DNA of 64,000 nucleotides from Candidatus Saccharimonadales bacterium (lineage in GTDB: Bacteria; Patescibacteriota; Saccharimonadia; Saccharimonadales; EFPC-124). The position numbers were made by a program, and so were the translations under genes. A model generated the notes under the pieces. The model ran no database searches and had not been told where the DNA came from. It saw nothing but the letters and a program-made list of their open reading frames with translations. Where the stretch lies: positions 18,341 to 82,340 of the forward strand of contig DATEFB010000004.1 in assembly GCA_035280845.1 (NCBI GenBank). Reading direction: 5' to 3'. Shown here piece after piece: positions 9,190 through 18,455 of the stretch. The first letter of the stretch is position 1, and every line of letters begins with the position of its first letter.

Positions 9190-10529
9190 AAACACAAACG
9201 CAAATCGACTTACAGCAAGCGTTCACTGGGACTATTATTCTGCCTGGCGACAAAGCCTACGACGAAGCTAGGTCTATCCTGTTTCGCAGGGGCTCGCCTG
9301 CCCTTATTGCTATGGCCGAAACGAGCGATGATGTAGCGCTCGCCCTTAATTACGCTAAGCAACACGAGCTCGTCATATCGGTCCGTAGTGGTGGCCACAG
9401 TAACGCTGGTCTCAGCACGAACGATGGCGGCATTATTATTGATGTCAGTCGCATGAATACAGTTGAAGTTATTGACCACGCCGCTGGACGGGTTCGCATT
9501 GGCGCGGGTGCCCATTGGGGTGATATCGCTAAAACGTTGCACGCTTCAGGATTGGCAATCAGCTCTGGCGATACCAATACGGTAGGCGCAAGTGGCTTGA
9601 TGTTGGGCGCGGGAATCGGCTGGATGGTGCGCAAGTACGGCCTGGCTATAGATAGTTTAGTGCGCGCCGAAGTCGTTACCGCGGACGGGCAACTGGTTGT
9701 AGCCGATGCCACGACTAATCCTGATTTGTTTTGGGCGGTTCGCGGTGGAGGCGGGAATTTTGGCGTTGTCGTATCACTGGAGTGCATTGCCCATAAGGTT
9801 TCCGATGTCTTTTTTGGGTCGATTACGTACACGCCCGATGACCCCACTGCTTTGCTTACGGGCTGGCGGGATTACATGCGTTCGGCTCCAGAAGATTTGA
9901 CGACAACGGCGCTTTTATTGCCCGCCAATATGATGGGCGAGCATCCTGCCATGTTTGTTATTACCTGCTGCTGGGCGAACGATCAGGAAGCAGCCGCGAA
10001 TGCTGCATTGGAGCCACTGCGCAAACTTGGCATCCCACTACATGACGACATTAAGCGGAAGGCATATTATGAGGCGCTCGAGGATGCCCATACGCTGCCC
10101 GACGGTGTGCACAGTGAAGTGAACAATGCACTCTTCCCCGACTTTAGCGATGCGGTCATTAAGAAAATAGTTACCGCCTATAGCCAACACGGCCGCATGT
10201 CGCAGATCCGGGGTCTCGGCGGTGCTATGAGCCGGGTTGCTGCTGACGCCACGGCGTTTGCCCACCGCGATGCCGAAGTCATGGTTCTTATGCCTATATT
10301 CATGCCAGCAGGCACAACAGAGGAAGAGATTCAGAAAATATTGCAGCCATGGCGCGAGATCGCCACAGATGCTACCGGAGCATACATAAACTTCTTTAGC
10401 CGCGTAACGGACCGCGAGCGCGCAGCCTCGTACCCGCCAGCAACATATAACCGGCTTGCGGTAATTAAGGGGCGGTATGACCCGGACAATGTTTTTAACC
10501 AGAACCTCAATATAGAGCCGAAGCATTAG
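9186..10529 (+). CDS. FAD-binding (PCMH-type) oxidoreductase with BBE-like C-terminus
   Basis: 447 aa: SVRSGGHSNAG, GAGIGWMVRKYGLAIDSL, WAVRGGGGNFGVV, C-terminal RLAVIKGRYDPDNVFNQNLNIEP. Confidence 0.85.
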   Translation: MKTQTQIDLQQAFTGTIILPGDKAYDEARSILFRRGSPALIAMAETSDDVALALNYAKQHELVISVRSGGHSNAGLSTNDGGIIIDVSRMNTVEVIDHAAGRVRIGAGAHWGDIAKTLHASGLAISSGDTNTVGASGLMLGAGIGWMVRKYGLAIDSLVRAEVVTADGQLVVADATTNPDLFWAVRGGGGNFGVVVSLECIAHKVSDVFFGSITYTPDDPTALLTGWRDYMRSAPEDLTTTALLLPANMMGEHPAMFVITCCWANDQEAAANAALEPLRKLGIPLHDDIKRKAYYEALEDAHTLPDGVHSEVNNALFPDFSDAVIKKIVTAYSQHGRMSQIRGLGGAMSRVAADATAFAHRDAEVMVLMPIFMPAGTTEEEIQKILQPWREIATDATGAYINFFSRVTDRERAASYPPATYNRLAVIKGRYDPDNVFNQNLNIEPKH

Positions 10530-10544
10530 GCGGAGATATATAAC

Positions 10545-10772
10545 TTGGGAGCCACAGGGCCAGCCAAGGATTATCTCGCAGGATTGGCTCTGCTCGAGGC
10601 CGTGGCGGGCAACGTAACGGTGCTTATCCCAGGTCATGGATCTGTCGGTGACGCCGATGACCCTCGCCTGACAACTGGGCCGCACAAAGAATGGTTGCCC
10701 GACATCCATGACTGGCAGGCCCGGCAAATCACCGAAAAAAGCATGAACGGCAAGACGACTGCGCAGGGCTAG
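10545..10772 (+). pseudogene. Possible C-terminal remnant of an MBL-fold hydrolase
   Basis: 75-aa ORF with no plausible N-terminal domain. VLIPGHGSVGDADD resembles the last metal-ligand segment of the metallo-beta-lactamase fold. Confidence 0.3.
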
Positions 10773-10775
10773 CGC

Positions 10776-11672
10776 CTATCCTTGTTGGATGAACTTGTAA
10801 ATCTCTTCGGCGACAAGTGTTGGTTTGCCGCCCATGTTAGAGTTGCCCGAACCGCCATGTGCGACTCCTGGTATAATCACGCGTCGCACATGGGGCAAGA
10901 CTTTTTCCAGGGCGTCTACGCTTGCCGTTTGAAATGCAGGGCTGTCGCTCCCGCCCATTAGCAGTATCTGCGCAGATACATTTTTGAATGCCTCAGGAGT
11001 GCCATCCGGCCGCTCCCTCATCTCGATAAAAAGACTCACGTCATTATGGAGAGTGTGGGATAGCACATCCCATTTAACGTACCCCTCTGGTGCGCTTTTC
11101 CTTTCGACAGAAAACTGCCACCGGGTCATTGCTTCAAGAAGCCGGCTTGGGATAGCACGCATGAATGGCGGCCCCATCTCTGTCTCCTTCATGGCAAAAA
11201 CCATGGCTTTGGCAATCGTGCCTTCTGCCATCATGCGGTCATACTCTTTTAACCAATCCAGTGGTGGAACTGTTTTGCTTAGGGGCAGGCCGGGTTCGTA
11301 AATAATGGCTTTTTCGATCGAAGGTAATGCGCGTGTCGCTTCGAGCGCAATGAGGCCACCGGTGCTCACTCCAAAAATAGTATGAGTTCCGGTCTTGGCA
11401 AGTACGGCTCCCAGATCTTCCATCTCTTTTTGCATATTGTGAGTTCTGGCGTAGGGGCCGCTGTGGCCGTGGCCACGACGTGAATAGAGATAGACGGTAA
11501 AGTGACTTGCTAGCGCCTCGGCAAGCTCGATGTGGCTTTGGGCAGATTCCATACCGCCGTGTATAAGTACTACGCCCGGTCCCTGTCCGATCTGCCAGTA
11601 CTTGATGACGGTTCCATCTTTTGAATTGACGGAGGCGGCCTTGTAGATATCGTTAAAATAGGTGAACTTCAT
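10776..11672 (-). CDS. Alpha/beta hydrolase
   Basis: 298 aa: VVLIHGGMES, nucleophile elbow GVSTGG, C-terminal IPGVAHGG. Confidence 0.8.
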   Translation of the reverse strand: MKFTYFNDIYKAASVNSKDGTVIKYWQIGQGPGVVLIHGGMESAQSHIELAEALASHFTVYLYSRRGHGHSGPYARTHNMQKEMEDLGAVLAKTGTHTIFGVSTGGLIALEATRALPSIEKAIIYEPGLPLSKTVPPLDWLKEYDRMMAEGTIAKAMVFAMKETEMGPPFMRAIPSRLLEAMTRWQFSVERKSAPEGYVKWDVLSHTLHNDVSLFIEMRERPDGTPEAFKNVSAQILLMGGSDSPAFQTASVDALEKVLPHVRRVIIPGVAHGGSGNSNMGGKPTLVAEEIYKFIQQG

Positions 11673-11770
11673 GGCTCCCTTTCGTAATATTTTTAATTAT
11701 GATAGAATTATCTTATCTACTAACTATCTTAGCTACTAAGATAAAATGTGTCAAATAATACTGGAGCAAC

Positions 11771-12223
11771 ATGAACCATCGTAGAGAATTGCTCACCCTT
11801 ATGTACAAGTTGGGCGAGGTATCGAGTACGGAAACTGCCCTTTTCCATCAGGTTGCAGCGTCTAAAGTGGGCTTAGGAGTTACCGAGATGAAGACACTGT
11901 CGGTGCTCCTGCAGGAGGGGCCCGCTTCGGCTGGGCAAATTGCTGCGCGTCTTAACCTGACGAGCGGAGCGGTTACGGGTATTATTGACCGACTCGTGAG
12001 AAAAGAATTTGTATCGCGCCGTCCAGACCCTAAAGATCGGCGTAAAATCATCGTGGTTTTAAATAGGCAAAAGCTTCAGCTTCAGAATACGGCGTACCAT
12101 TCTATGGGTGCGGCATTCACAGAGCTGCTTGAAAAGTATTCGACTGAGGAATTGGAATTCTTAGTGCGTTACTACCAGGCCACAATCGAGTTGACGAAGC
12201 AAGAAATTGCAAAACTTTCATGA
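11771..12223 (+). CDS. MarR-family transcriptional regulator
   Basis: 150 aa: GPASAGQIAARLNLTSGAVTGIIDRLVRKEFVSRRPDPKDRRK. Confidence 0.85.
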   Translation: MNHRRELLTLMYKLGEVSSTETALFHQVAASKVGLGVTEMKTLSVLLQEGPASAGQIAARLNLTSGAVTGIIDRLVRKEFVSRRPDPKDRRKIIVVLNRQKLQLQNTAYHSMGAAFTELLEKYSTEELEFLVRYYQATIELTKQEIAKLS

Positions 12224-13303
12224 ATTTTTAGTCCGAGGTCGAACCAGCCCGTACTCGTCATCTTGCATATCTTTGGTCTGCCGGTCCATACTCTTCTTTG
12301 ATTTTTTGTTGGTCTGGCGTTCGCGCGCGACGTTTTTTATGCGCAGGCTGCCCAGCTCGGCCTTCATTTTAAGGTAGTCATTGTAGTGAGCGATCTGAAG
12401 GTGCCCGTTCTTAAGAGCAGCCTGAATGGCGCACCCCTGCTCGTCGCCATGACGGCAGGTGGTGTACTTGCATTGGCGAGCCAGTGCGGCGACGTCATCA
12501 AAGTTTGTGTCCAGATCTTCTTGTGTACCCCACAGCTGTAGTTCGCGGACACCCGGGGTATCGATGAGCAGCCCTCCACCGGGCAGCATAAACAGTTCGC
12601 GGTGCACTGTGGTGTGCCGGCCGGTATCGTCTGTGGACCGTACGGCTTGGGTGGCTTGCACCTCGCGTCCCAGTAATTGATTGATGAGGGTTGATTTGCC
12701 AACGCCCGACGATCCCAGTAAAATTGCTGTCTGACCCGGCGCAATATGGCTAAGGATGTCGGCGACGCCAGAGCCCGTGGTGGCAGTGGCAATAATAATC
12801 GGTAGGCCTAGTGTTTGTACGTCGGCGAGATACGGCGCAATATCTGCCGCCTTGTCGGCCTTATTCAGTACAATGACTGCGCGCACGTGGCTGACCGAGA
12901 GTTGGTAGAGGAAGCGTTTCAGACGCTCAATGCTAAAGTCGTTGTCGAGTGCCAGTAGCACAAAGGCAACATCTACGTTTGCGGCAATAACTTGCTTAAC
13001 GGCCTGCTTGCCCGCGACTTTGCGGGCGATTTCGCTCTGCCTGGGCAGTACCGCCTCCACTACGGCAGTACTGGTATCGAACCGGCGGACGGCCACCCAA
13101 TCCCCTACTTTTGGCGCGTGCTCGCGGCCGGTGTAGTGCGAGAGCTTGCCTGATAACTCGGCAGAAATGCGGGCGGGAGTCACGACCTTTACAGAGGTGC
13201 CAAAATCAGCGACCACTCGTGCGGGCACGACTCCACTGAGCCCGAGCTGCTTCCAGTTGTCTGCCTGTGTGTCTGTCCATCCAAACTGTGCCAATGATTC
13301 CAT
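12218..13303 (-). CDS. rsgA: Ribosome small-subunit-dependent GTPase A
   Basis: 361 aa: circularly permuted GTPase motifs NKADK, GSSGVGKSTLINQLLG, DTPGVRE and a zinc knuckle CKYTTCRHGDEQGC. Confidence 0.85.
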   Translation of the reverse strand: MESLAQFGWTDTQADNWKQLGLSGVVPARVVADFGTSVKVVTPARISAELSGKLSHYTGREHAPKVGDWVAVRRFDTSTAVVEAVLPRQSEIARKVAGKQAVKQVIAANVDVAFVLLALDNDFSIERLKRFLYQLSVSHVRAVIVLNKADKAADIAPYLADVQTLGLPIIIATATTGSGVADILSHIAPGQTAILLGSSGVGKSTLINQLLGREVQATQAVRSTDDTGRHTTVHRELFMLPGGGLLIDTPGVRELQLWGTQEDLDTNFDDVAALARQCKYTTCRHGDEQGCAIQAALKNGHLQIAHYNDYLKMKAELGSLRIKNVARERQTNKKSKKSMDRQTKDMQDDEYGLVRPRTKNS

Positions 13304-13412
13304 ATATGACTAGTATTGCATTAATGGGCGCAGGCCGAAACTGGGAGATAAAAGAAAGGGTATTTATATTTAGGTATTGACCTAATTAGGCAACTACCAT
13401 ATTATCGTTGGT

Positions 13413-13745
13413 ATGAGTACATTCATGGCTCTTGCCGACCCAACCAGGCTTCAAATATTTGAGCTTATAGCCAAAGGCGAAAAAAGCGTCGGTGATATTG
13501 TTGCGCACTTTAATTTTAAAGCGCCAACTATCTCGGGGCACTTACGCACGCTGAAGGAAGCAAAGCTTGTACGTGTGCGCGCCGAGGGGCAGCGTCGTTA
13601 TTACGCCGTTGATCCCGCAGGGCTTAAAGAAATAGAAGTGTGGCTTTCGAACGTTTCAAAAGAATGGAATGGCCACCTCGATGCCCTGGAGGCGGTACTA
13701 GCAGAAGAACAACGTAATAATAAGGAACGCACGAATGCAAAATAA
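13413..13745 (+). CDS. ArsR-family transcriptional regulator
   Basis: 110 aa: ALADPTRLQIFELIAKGEKSVGDIVAHF.FKAPTISGHLRTLKEAKLV. Confidence 0.85.
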   Translation: MSTFMALADPTRLQIFELIAKGEKSVGDIVAHFNFKAPTISGHLRTLKEAKLVRVRAEGQRRYYAVDPAGLKEIEVWLSNVSKEWNGHLDALEAVLAEEQRNNKERTNAK

Positions 13746-14175
13746 ACTCCCCGAGCCACTGGTAATTACCAGGACGCTCAATGCGCCGATAGCGAGTGTT
13801 TGGAACGCCCTTACCGATCCAACAACGCTTAAAAAATGGATGCCATTCTTCCCTGATTTTAAGGCCGAAGTAGGCTTTGAAACCCGCTTTATGCTTGGGG
13901 CAAGTCCCGACAGGCAGTACGAACACATTTGTCATGTCACCGAAGTTGAAACCGAAAAGAAGCTCACCCACAGCTGGCGCTACGAAGGAATTCCTGGCGA
14001 CGCCTATGTAACCTACGAGCTTGCCCCGGCTGGCGAGCAAACCCACTTGACGTTGACCTACCGCATTACAGAAATGTTCCCAGTGAACGACGAGAACCAG
14101 GACCTCGATATCAAGAATGCCGTGTACGGCTGGAATCACTTTGCTGACAGCCTTAAAGAATTTGTGGAAGCGTAA
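13735..14175 (+). CDS. SRPBCC (AHSA1-like) domain protein
   Basis: 146 aa: LNAPIASVWNALTDPTTLKKWMPFF.... Overlaps the ArsR gene by 11 nt, the same architecture as 8391-9189. Confidence 0.8.
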   Translation: MQNKLPEPLVITRTLNAPIASVWNALTDPTTLKKWMPFFPDFKAEVGFETRFMLGASPDRQYEHICHVTEVETEKKLTHSWRYEGIPGDAYVTYELAPAGEQTHLTLTYRITEMFPVNDENQDLDIKNAVYGWNHFADSLKEFVEA

Positions 14176-14179
14176 TTAT

Positions 14180-14770
14180 ATGAGAAAAATAGTTGTTACT
14201 GAATTCGTTACATTGGATGGAGTCATGCAAGCGCCCGGTGGCGCCGAAGACGGTTTTAAATTTGCTGGTTGGAGCGCGCCATATTACGACGCCGCACTCG
14301 ATGAAATCGCAGAAAAGCAAAAGAAGCCTGCCAAAGACTTCCTTTTGGGCAGGAAAACCTACGAGATCTTTGCTTCCTTCTTCCCGTCGGAACAAGGCCA
14401 GCAAATTTGGCCCGGCAACAATGACATTACAAAGTACGTTGTTTCTAAGACCATGAAGAAAGCTGATTGGAAAAACACAGTAATCCTGAGTAGTGTCGAA
14501 GATATTGGAAAGCTTAAGGATTCAGAAGGCTCTGACCTTCAGGTGAGTGGCAGCGGTGTTCTGGTTCAGACACTGCTCAAGCATGATTTAGTAGACGAGC
14601 TATGGCTTCTTATTCATCCGTTGACGCTCGGCACTGGTAACAAATTATTCGCCGACGGCACGATTCCCGCAGCGTTCAAACTGGTAGAGAGCACGCCAAC
14701 ATCGAGCGGAGTCATTTGCGCCCACTACGAGCGTGCTGGCGATGTTACCCTAGGGACAATGGGAGGCTAG
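14180..14770 (+). CDS. RibD_C / dihydrofolate-reductase-like family protein
   Basis: Starts at MRKIVVTEFVTLDGVMQ (ATG 14180). The longer track ORF from 14117 overlaps the previous gene. LLGRKTYEIF, LQVSGSGVLVQTLLKHDLVDELWLLIHPLTLG. Confidence 0.8.
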   Translation: MRKIVVTEFVTLDGVMQAPGGAEDGFKFAGWSAPYYDAALDEIAEKQKKPAKDFLLGRKTYEIFASFFPSEQGQQIWPGNNDITKYVVSKTMKKADWKNTVILSSVEDIGKLKDSEGSDLQVSGSGVLVQTLLKHDLVDELWLLIHPLTLGTGNKLFADGTIPAAFKLVESTPTSSGVICAHYERAGDVTLGTMGG

Positions 14771-15192
14771 CCAAAAACTGACCCGCCACCGCGAACTGTT
14801 TCCTGGATGCGGGGAATGAGCGCACTGCGCTGCTCGCGTACCGACTGCAGCCATTGCTGCGGCAGGTTCTCCTGGGGCACTCGCTTTGCGCCCCACTCGG
14901 CCAGCTCAAGAAGCACGGGGACAAGCTCTAACCCGTCTTCGGTGAGCTGGTATATTTCTTTGCGCCCGTCTTGCGGGTGGGGCTTCTTTACAAGCAGGCC
15001 TTTCGCTTGTAGCTGCACCAGGCGGTTAGCGAGGATGTTGCGCGCAATCCCCTCGTCTGACGCCAGGAATTCATTATATGTTTTTTTGCCAAAGTAAACG
15101 ATGTCTCTGAGAATAAGCAGAGACCAGGCGTCCCCAACCATTTCTAGCGAGAAAGTGATTGGGCAATTTGATCGTGGTTTAACGTGACTCAT
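14767..15192 (-). CDS. HxlR-family transcriptional regulator
   Basis: 141 aa: CPITFSLEMVGDAWSLLILRDIVYFGKKTYNEF.... Paralogue of 58740-59201. Confidence 0.85.
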   Translation of the reverse strand: MSHVKPRSNCPITFSLEMVGDAWSLLILRDIVYFGKKTYNEFLASDEGIARNILANRLVQLQAKGLLVKKPHPQDGRKEIYQLTEDGLELVPVLLELAEWGAKRVPQENLPQQWLQSVREQRSALIPRIQETVRGGGSVFG

Positions 15193-15273
15193 AATTTATT
15201 GCTTTTACTATACACATAGTATACTATTTAGGTTGTAAAATGCAACCTAACATGAAAAAGAAGGATTAATTTA

Positions 15274-15825
15274 ATGGGAACGTTACTGGCATTCGAATGG
15301 CTGAGCGCAGATGGCGTTTTTGACGCCAACAACATGGACGAATGGTTTTTTCCATACGACAGCGCCGAGCGGCGTGCAGTTATTAAAGACGCGTACCAAC
15401 AGGCCGATGTGCTATTGATGGGCCGCAACACCTACGAAATGCTTGCGCCGTATTGGTCGGGGCTTCCGGACGATGATAAAGATGGCCTGGCGGGTGTGAT
15501 TACCCATACGCCAAAATTTGTCGCTTCGGACGGGCCAGTGGTAGCCAAGTGGGGCGAGACGACCCTGCTTAAGGGTGACGTTGAGGCCGAAGTTGAAAAG
15601 CTAAAAGACACCGTGGGTACTGTTTTGATTATTGGCAGTGCCACATTGGCTGAATCGCTGGCTCAGGCCGGACTCGTTGACGGATATAAATTGTTGGTCC
15701 AGCCATTTATAATGGGAACCGGCAGGCGTTTCTTTAGCAATGCAATGAAAGCCCCGGTAGAGCTTGCTGGAGTCAAGGAATGCGGCCAGGGCATATTGCT
15801 GCTTGATTATCAGGTTAAGCATTAA
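15274..15825 (+). CDS. RibD_C / dihydrofolate-reductase-like family protein
   Basis: 183 aa: LLMGRNTYEMLAPYW, LIIGSATLAESLAQAGLVDGYKLLVQPFIMG. Confidence 0.8.
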   Translation: MGTLLAFEWLSADGVFDANNMDEWFFPYDSAERRAVIKDAYQQADVLLMGRNTYEMLAPYWSGLPDDDKDGLAGVITHTPKFVASDGPVVAKWGETTLLKGDVEAEVEKLKDTVGTVLIIGSATLAESLAQAGLVDGYKLLVQPFIMGTGRRFFSNAMKAPVELAGVKECGQGILLLDYQVKH

Positions 15826-15852
15826 GTACCTCTAAGTCATAAAAGGAGCAGC

Positions 15853-16440
15853 ATGCGAAAATTATTACTACAGATGCAAACCTCAATCGACATGTTTGTC
15901 GGTGATGATGACGGCGATACTAGTTGGATGAAGTGGCATTGGAACACCGATTGGACCTGGAGTACCGAGCTGCAACAGTATCATATTGATACGACCGCCG
16001 CTGCCGATTGCATATTATTGAGCGACAAAATGGCCGAAGAAGGCTTTATCGACCACTGGGGAGCCATGGCTAAGCAAACCGGTAACCCGGAATCTGCTTT
16101 TGCCAGGAATATCACCAACGCCCAAAAAGTTATCTTCGGGACTTCCCTGAAGGACGCGCGGTGGGAAAATAGCACCATAGCCAAGGGGGATCTTGCTTCT
16201 GTCGTGCACAGCTTAAAGCAAGCCCCAGGCAAGAACCTTTTGGCATTTGGCGGCGCGCGATTCGCCTCGTCACTTATTAACGCAGACCTTGTAGATGAGT
16301 TTCATTTAATTGTTAACCCGACCGTTCTTGGCTCCGGCTTGCCCATATTCAGCACAATTCCATCTGCCAGGGATCTGACCCTGGTAAGCGCTACTCCCTA
16401 CCCAGACGAGGTGGTTGTTTTGCGGTACGCCAAAAAGTAA
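15853..16440 (+). CDS. RibD_C / dihydrofolate-reductase-like family protein (divergent)
   Basis: 195 aa: MRKLLLQMQTSIDMFV, LLAFGGARFASSLINADLVDEFHLIVNPTVLG. Confidence 0.75.
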   Translation: MRKLLLQMQTSIDMFVGDDDGDTSWMKWHWNTDWTWSTELQQYHIDTTAAADCILLSDKMAEEGFIDHWGAMAKQTGNPESAFARNITNAQKVIFGTSLKDARWENSTIAKGDLASVVHSLKQAPGKNLLAFGGARFASSLINADLVDEFHLIVNPTVLGSGLPIFSTIPSARDLTLVSATPYPDEVVVLRYAKK

Positions 16441-16457
16441 TAGAATGTAAGTATTAC

Positions 16458-16670
16458 ATGAAAAAGTTAGACATTCGTCTCTTGGCCCTATATATGATCG
16501 GCGCGATTATTGTGAGCGTCATTGTGCAGTTTGTCTTGGATGGCCTGCAACTTACCCCGGGCTGGGAGCTACGCAACCTCCTCGTTGGGTCAGGAATAGG
16601 CATCATGCTGTACGTGTGGGATTTTATGAAGGCGCAAAAAAAGAGCGAATTACCCGAAGATAAATCCTAG
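16458..16670 (+). CDS. Small two-helix membrane protein
   Basis: 70-aa ORF with two hydrophobic helices, tightly packed with neighbouring genes. Confidence 0.45.
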   Translation: MKKLDIRLLALYMIGAIIVSVIVQFVLDGLQLTPGWELRNLLVGSGIGIMLYVWDFMKAQKKSELPEDKS

Positions 16671-16690
16671 CTGCAGGCAGTAATTTTAGT

Positions 16691-17320
16691 GTGCCAATAT
16701 GGCATACTAGAGCAATGCAAACAGCACTCATAGTTATTGGAAGCCTTATAGCGGCTTTGGGCACATTACCCTATATTATTGCAACGGTTAAAGGAGACGT
16801 GAAGCCACGGCTTGTTACGTGGCTAACGTGGGCATTACTTACGGGAATAGCGGGAGCCGCGGCGCTGAGCGCGAATCAGTTAGGGAGCGCCTTATTCGCG
16901 TTTTTGGGAACGCTCGCCACAGGCTCGGTAGTCGTTGCCGGGTTCAGGTTTGGCGACCGCACGTTTAAAACGCTCGACGTTGTAAGCTTGGCAGGCGTAG
17001 TGGTTGGATTGGCGCTGTGGTATGTGCTGGACGATCCTGCCTATGCTGTTTTGGCGGCTATCGCCATTGATTTTGTGGGGCTGCTCCCTACTCTGGCACA
17101 TGCCTGGACGGCTCCGCGCGAGGAAGCACCAAGCGCCTTCGTATGCGTCGGAATTGGTGGTGCAATTACTGTCGCTGCTATTATTATGAGCGGCGATTTT
17201 TCGTTGACTGCGCTGGGCTACCCGCTGTATGCTGCGGTATCTATGGGCATTTGTGCAGCAATTATTTTGGTACGTGGCAGGATCGTGCTGCCGCCCATCA
17301 AAGAAGAAATGGCAGGATAG
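16691..17320 (+). CDS. Polytopic membrane protein (about 6-7 TM), family uncertain
   Basis: 209-aa ORF (GTG 16691; ATG at 16715 also possible). Hydrophobic throughout. Its stop lies 4 nt (17321-17324) before the GTG start of the next gene. Confidence 0.6.
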   Translation: MPIWHTRAMQTALIVIGSLIAALGTLPYIIATVKGDVKPRLVTWLTWALLTGIAGAAALSANQLGSALFAFLGTLATGSVVVAGFRFGDRTFKTLDVVSLAGVVVGLALWYVLDDPAYAVLAAIAIDFVGLLPTLAHAWTAPREEAPSAFVCVGIGGAITVAAIIMSGDFSLTALGYPLYAAVSMGICAAIILVRGRIVLPPIKEEMAG

Positions 17321-17324
17321 CTCT

Positions 17325-18455
17325 GTGGGTGTAGGTGAACACACATATGGCATACTGCATGACCATGGTTATGACCCACGGGCCACTGCCGAGCTCGATC
17401 CATTGGGCCTTGATGATTTTTTTACGGGCGGAGAATTCCACGCAATTAACAGTAGCGAGATCGATCCTGCCGAGGCACGCAAGCGCATCGGAGATGTGGC
17501 AATGCGTGTCGGGCACATGATTGTCCGGCATAGGTTGATCGACCCAACGATTCCCGAGCTCAATTATGCTGCAATTCGCGATGCCGATATGGTGCTGGGA
17601 AGTGCCCTGCTGCATGGCCACAGGCCGGTGGGACGGGGCGGTTTTATGCCCGGGCTTGGCGACCTGCCCCATGCGCTTGTTAGGCTTGGCGCTGCTACCC
17701 AAGGCGTGCCTCGTGGCACTTTTTACACGTACACCGACATGAATCCGGGTGACAGGCTGCGGCGTTTTACCAACTTAGATGGCGAAGAAGTTTTTATTGG
17801 TGCTCTACGTGATTCGTCGTTAAAACTTGGTGCGGCGCTGCTGACTCTTTGCCACGCCGATGCCGAAGATCCAGACCAAACCCTTGCGGCACTACAGCTG
17901 ACCCAAGAGGGCATGTCTGCTACTGTTCAATCCATGGTGACTGTCAGAAGGAACCAGGAACTCGGCAAAAAATTTGGCGCGTACATTCAACCTTTCTTCC
18001 GGGATACGCTTATAGGCTTCCGTCGCCATTTTGCGCCAGGAGGCAGCCAACTGCCCAGTTCGGCACTCACCTACATTCTTGAAGGCCGCGACGAGCCTGG
18101 CCAGGCCGGAGAGCGGGCGCGTGCGCTGCATGCAGGGACGTACAGATACCTGCCCCGGGTATTCCGCGATGCAGTTGATACCTGGGAGCGCGCGCACGGA
18201 GACGCAAGCCTGCGCACGCTGCTGCACGAGCAAGGGGTCCCGTTGGATGATCCCCGGCAGGTTGCCATGCATGGCATTCGGGATCTCCATACCAAGTTTA
18301 GAACGGTGCACTTGGCAACGGCAGTCGATAGCTTTAACCAGCGCCCAGACAACGCGCGCGGTAGTGGCGGCGGCACGCCCGGAGAGCTGAACGAGCTGAC
18401 TAATGATGCGCGACTGCGTCGTGGTATCCCAAGGCAAAGGACAGCCGATGTCTAG
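17325..18455 (+). CDS. TDO/IDO/PrnB-like (DUF1864-type) putative heme enzyme
   Basis: About 376 aa from GTG 17325 (AGGA 7 nt upstream); the track ORF from 17229 overlaps the previous gene. The C-terminal segment FRTVHLATAVDSF...ARGSGGGTPGE resembles the proximal-His plus GTGGSSG segment of the tryptophan-dioxygenase superfamily. The family call is by eye only. Confidence 0.5.
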   Translation: MGVGEHTYGILHDHGYDPRATAELDPLGLDDFFTGGEFHAINSSEIDPAEARKRIGDVAMRVGHMIVRHRLIDPTIPELNYAAIRDADMVLGSALLHGHRPVGRGGFMPGLGDLPHALVRLGAATQGVPRGTFYTYTDMNPGDRLRRFTNLDGEEVFIGALRDSSLKLGAALLTLCHADAEDPDQTLAALQLTQEGMSATVQSMVTVRRNQELGKKFGAYIQPFFRDTLIGFRRHFAPGGSQLPSSALTYILEGRDEPGQAGERARALHAGTYRYLPRVFRDAVDTWERAHGDASLRTLLHEQGVPLDDPRQVAMHGIRDLHTKFRTVHLATAVDSFNQRPDNARGSGGGTPGELNELTNDARLRRGIPRQRTADV

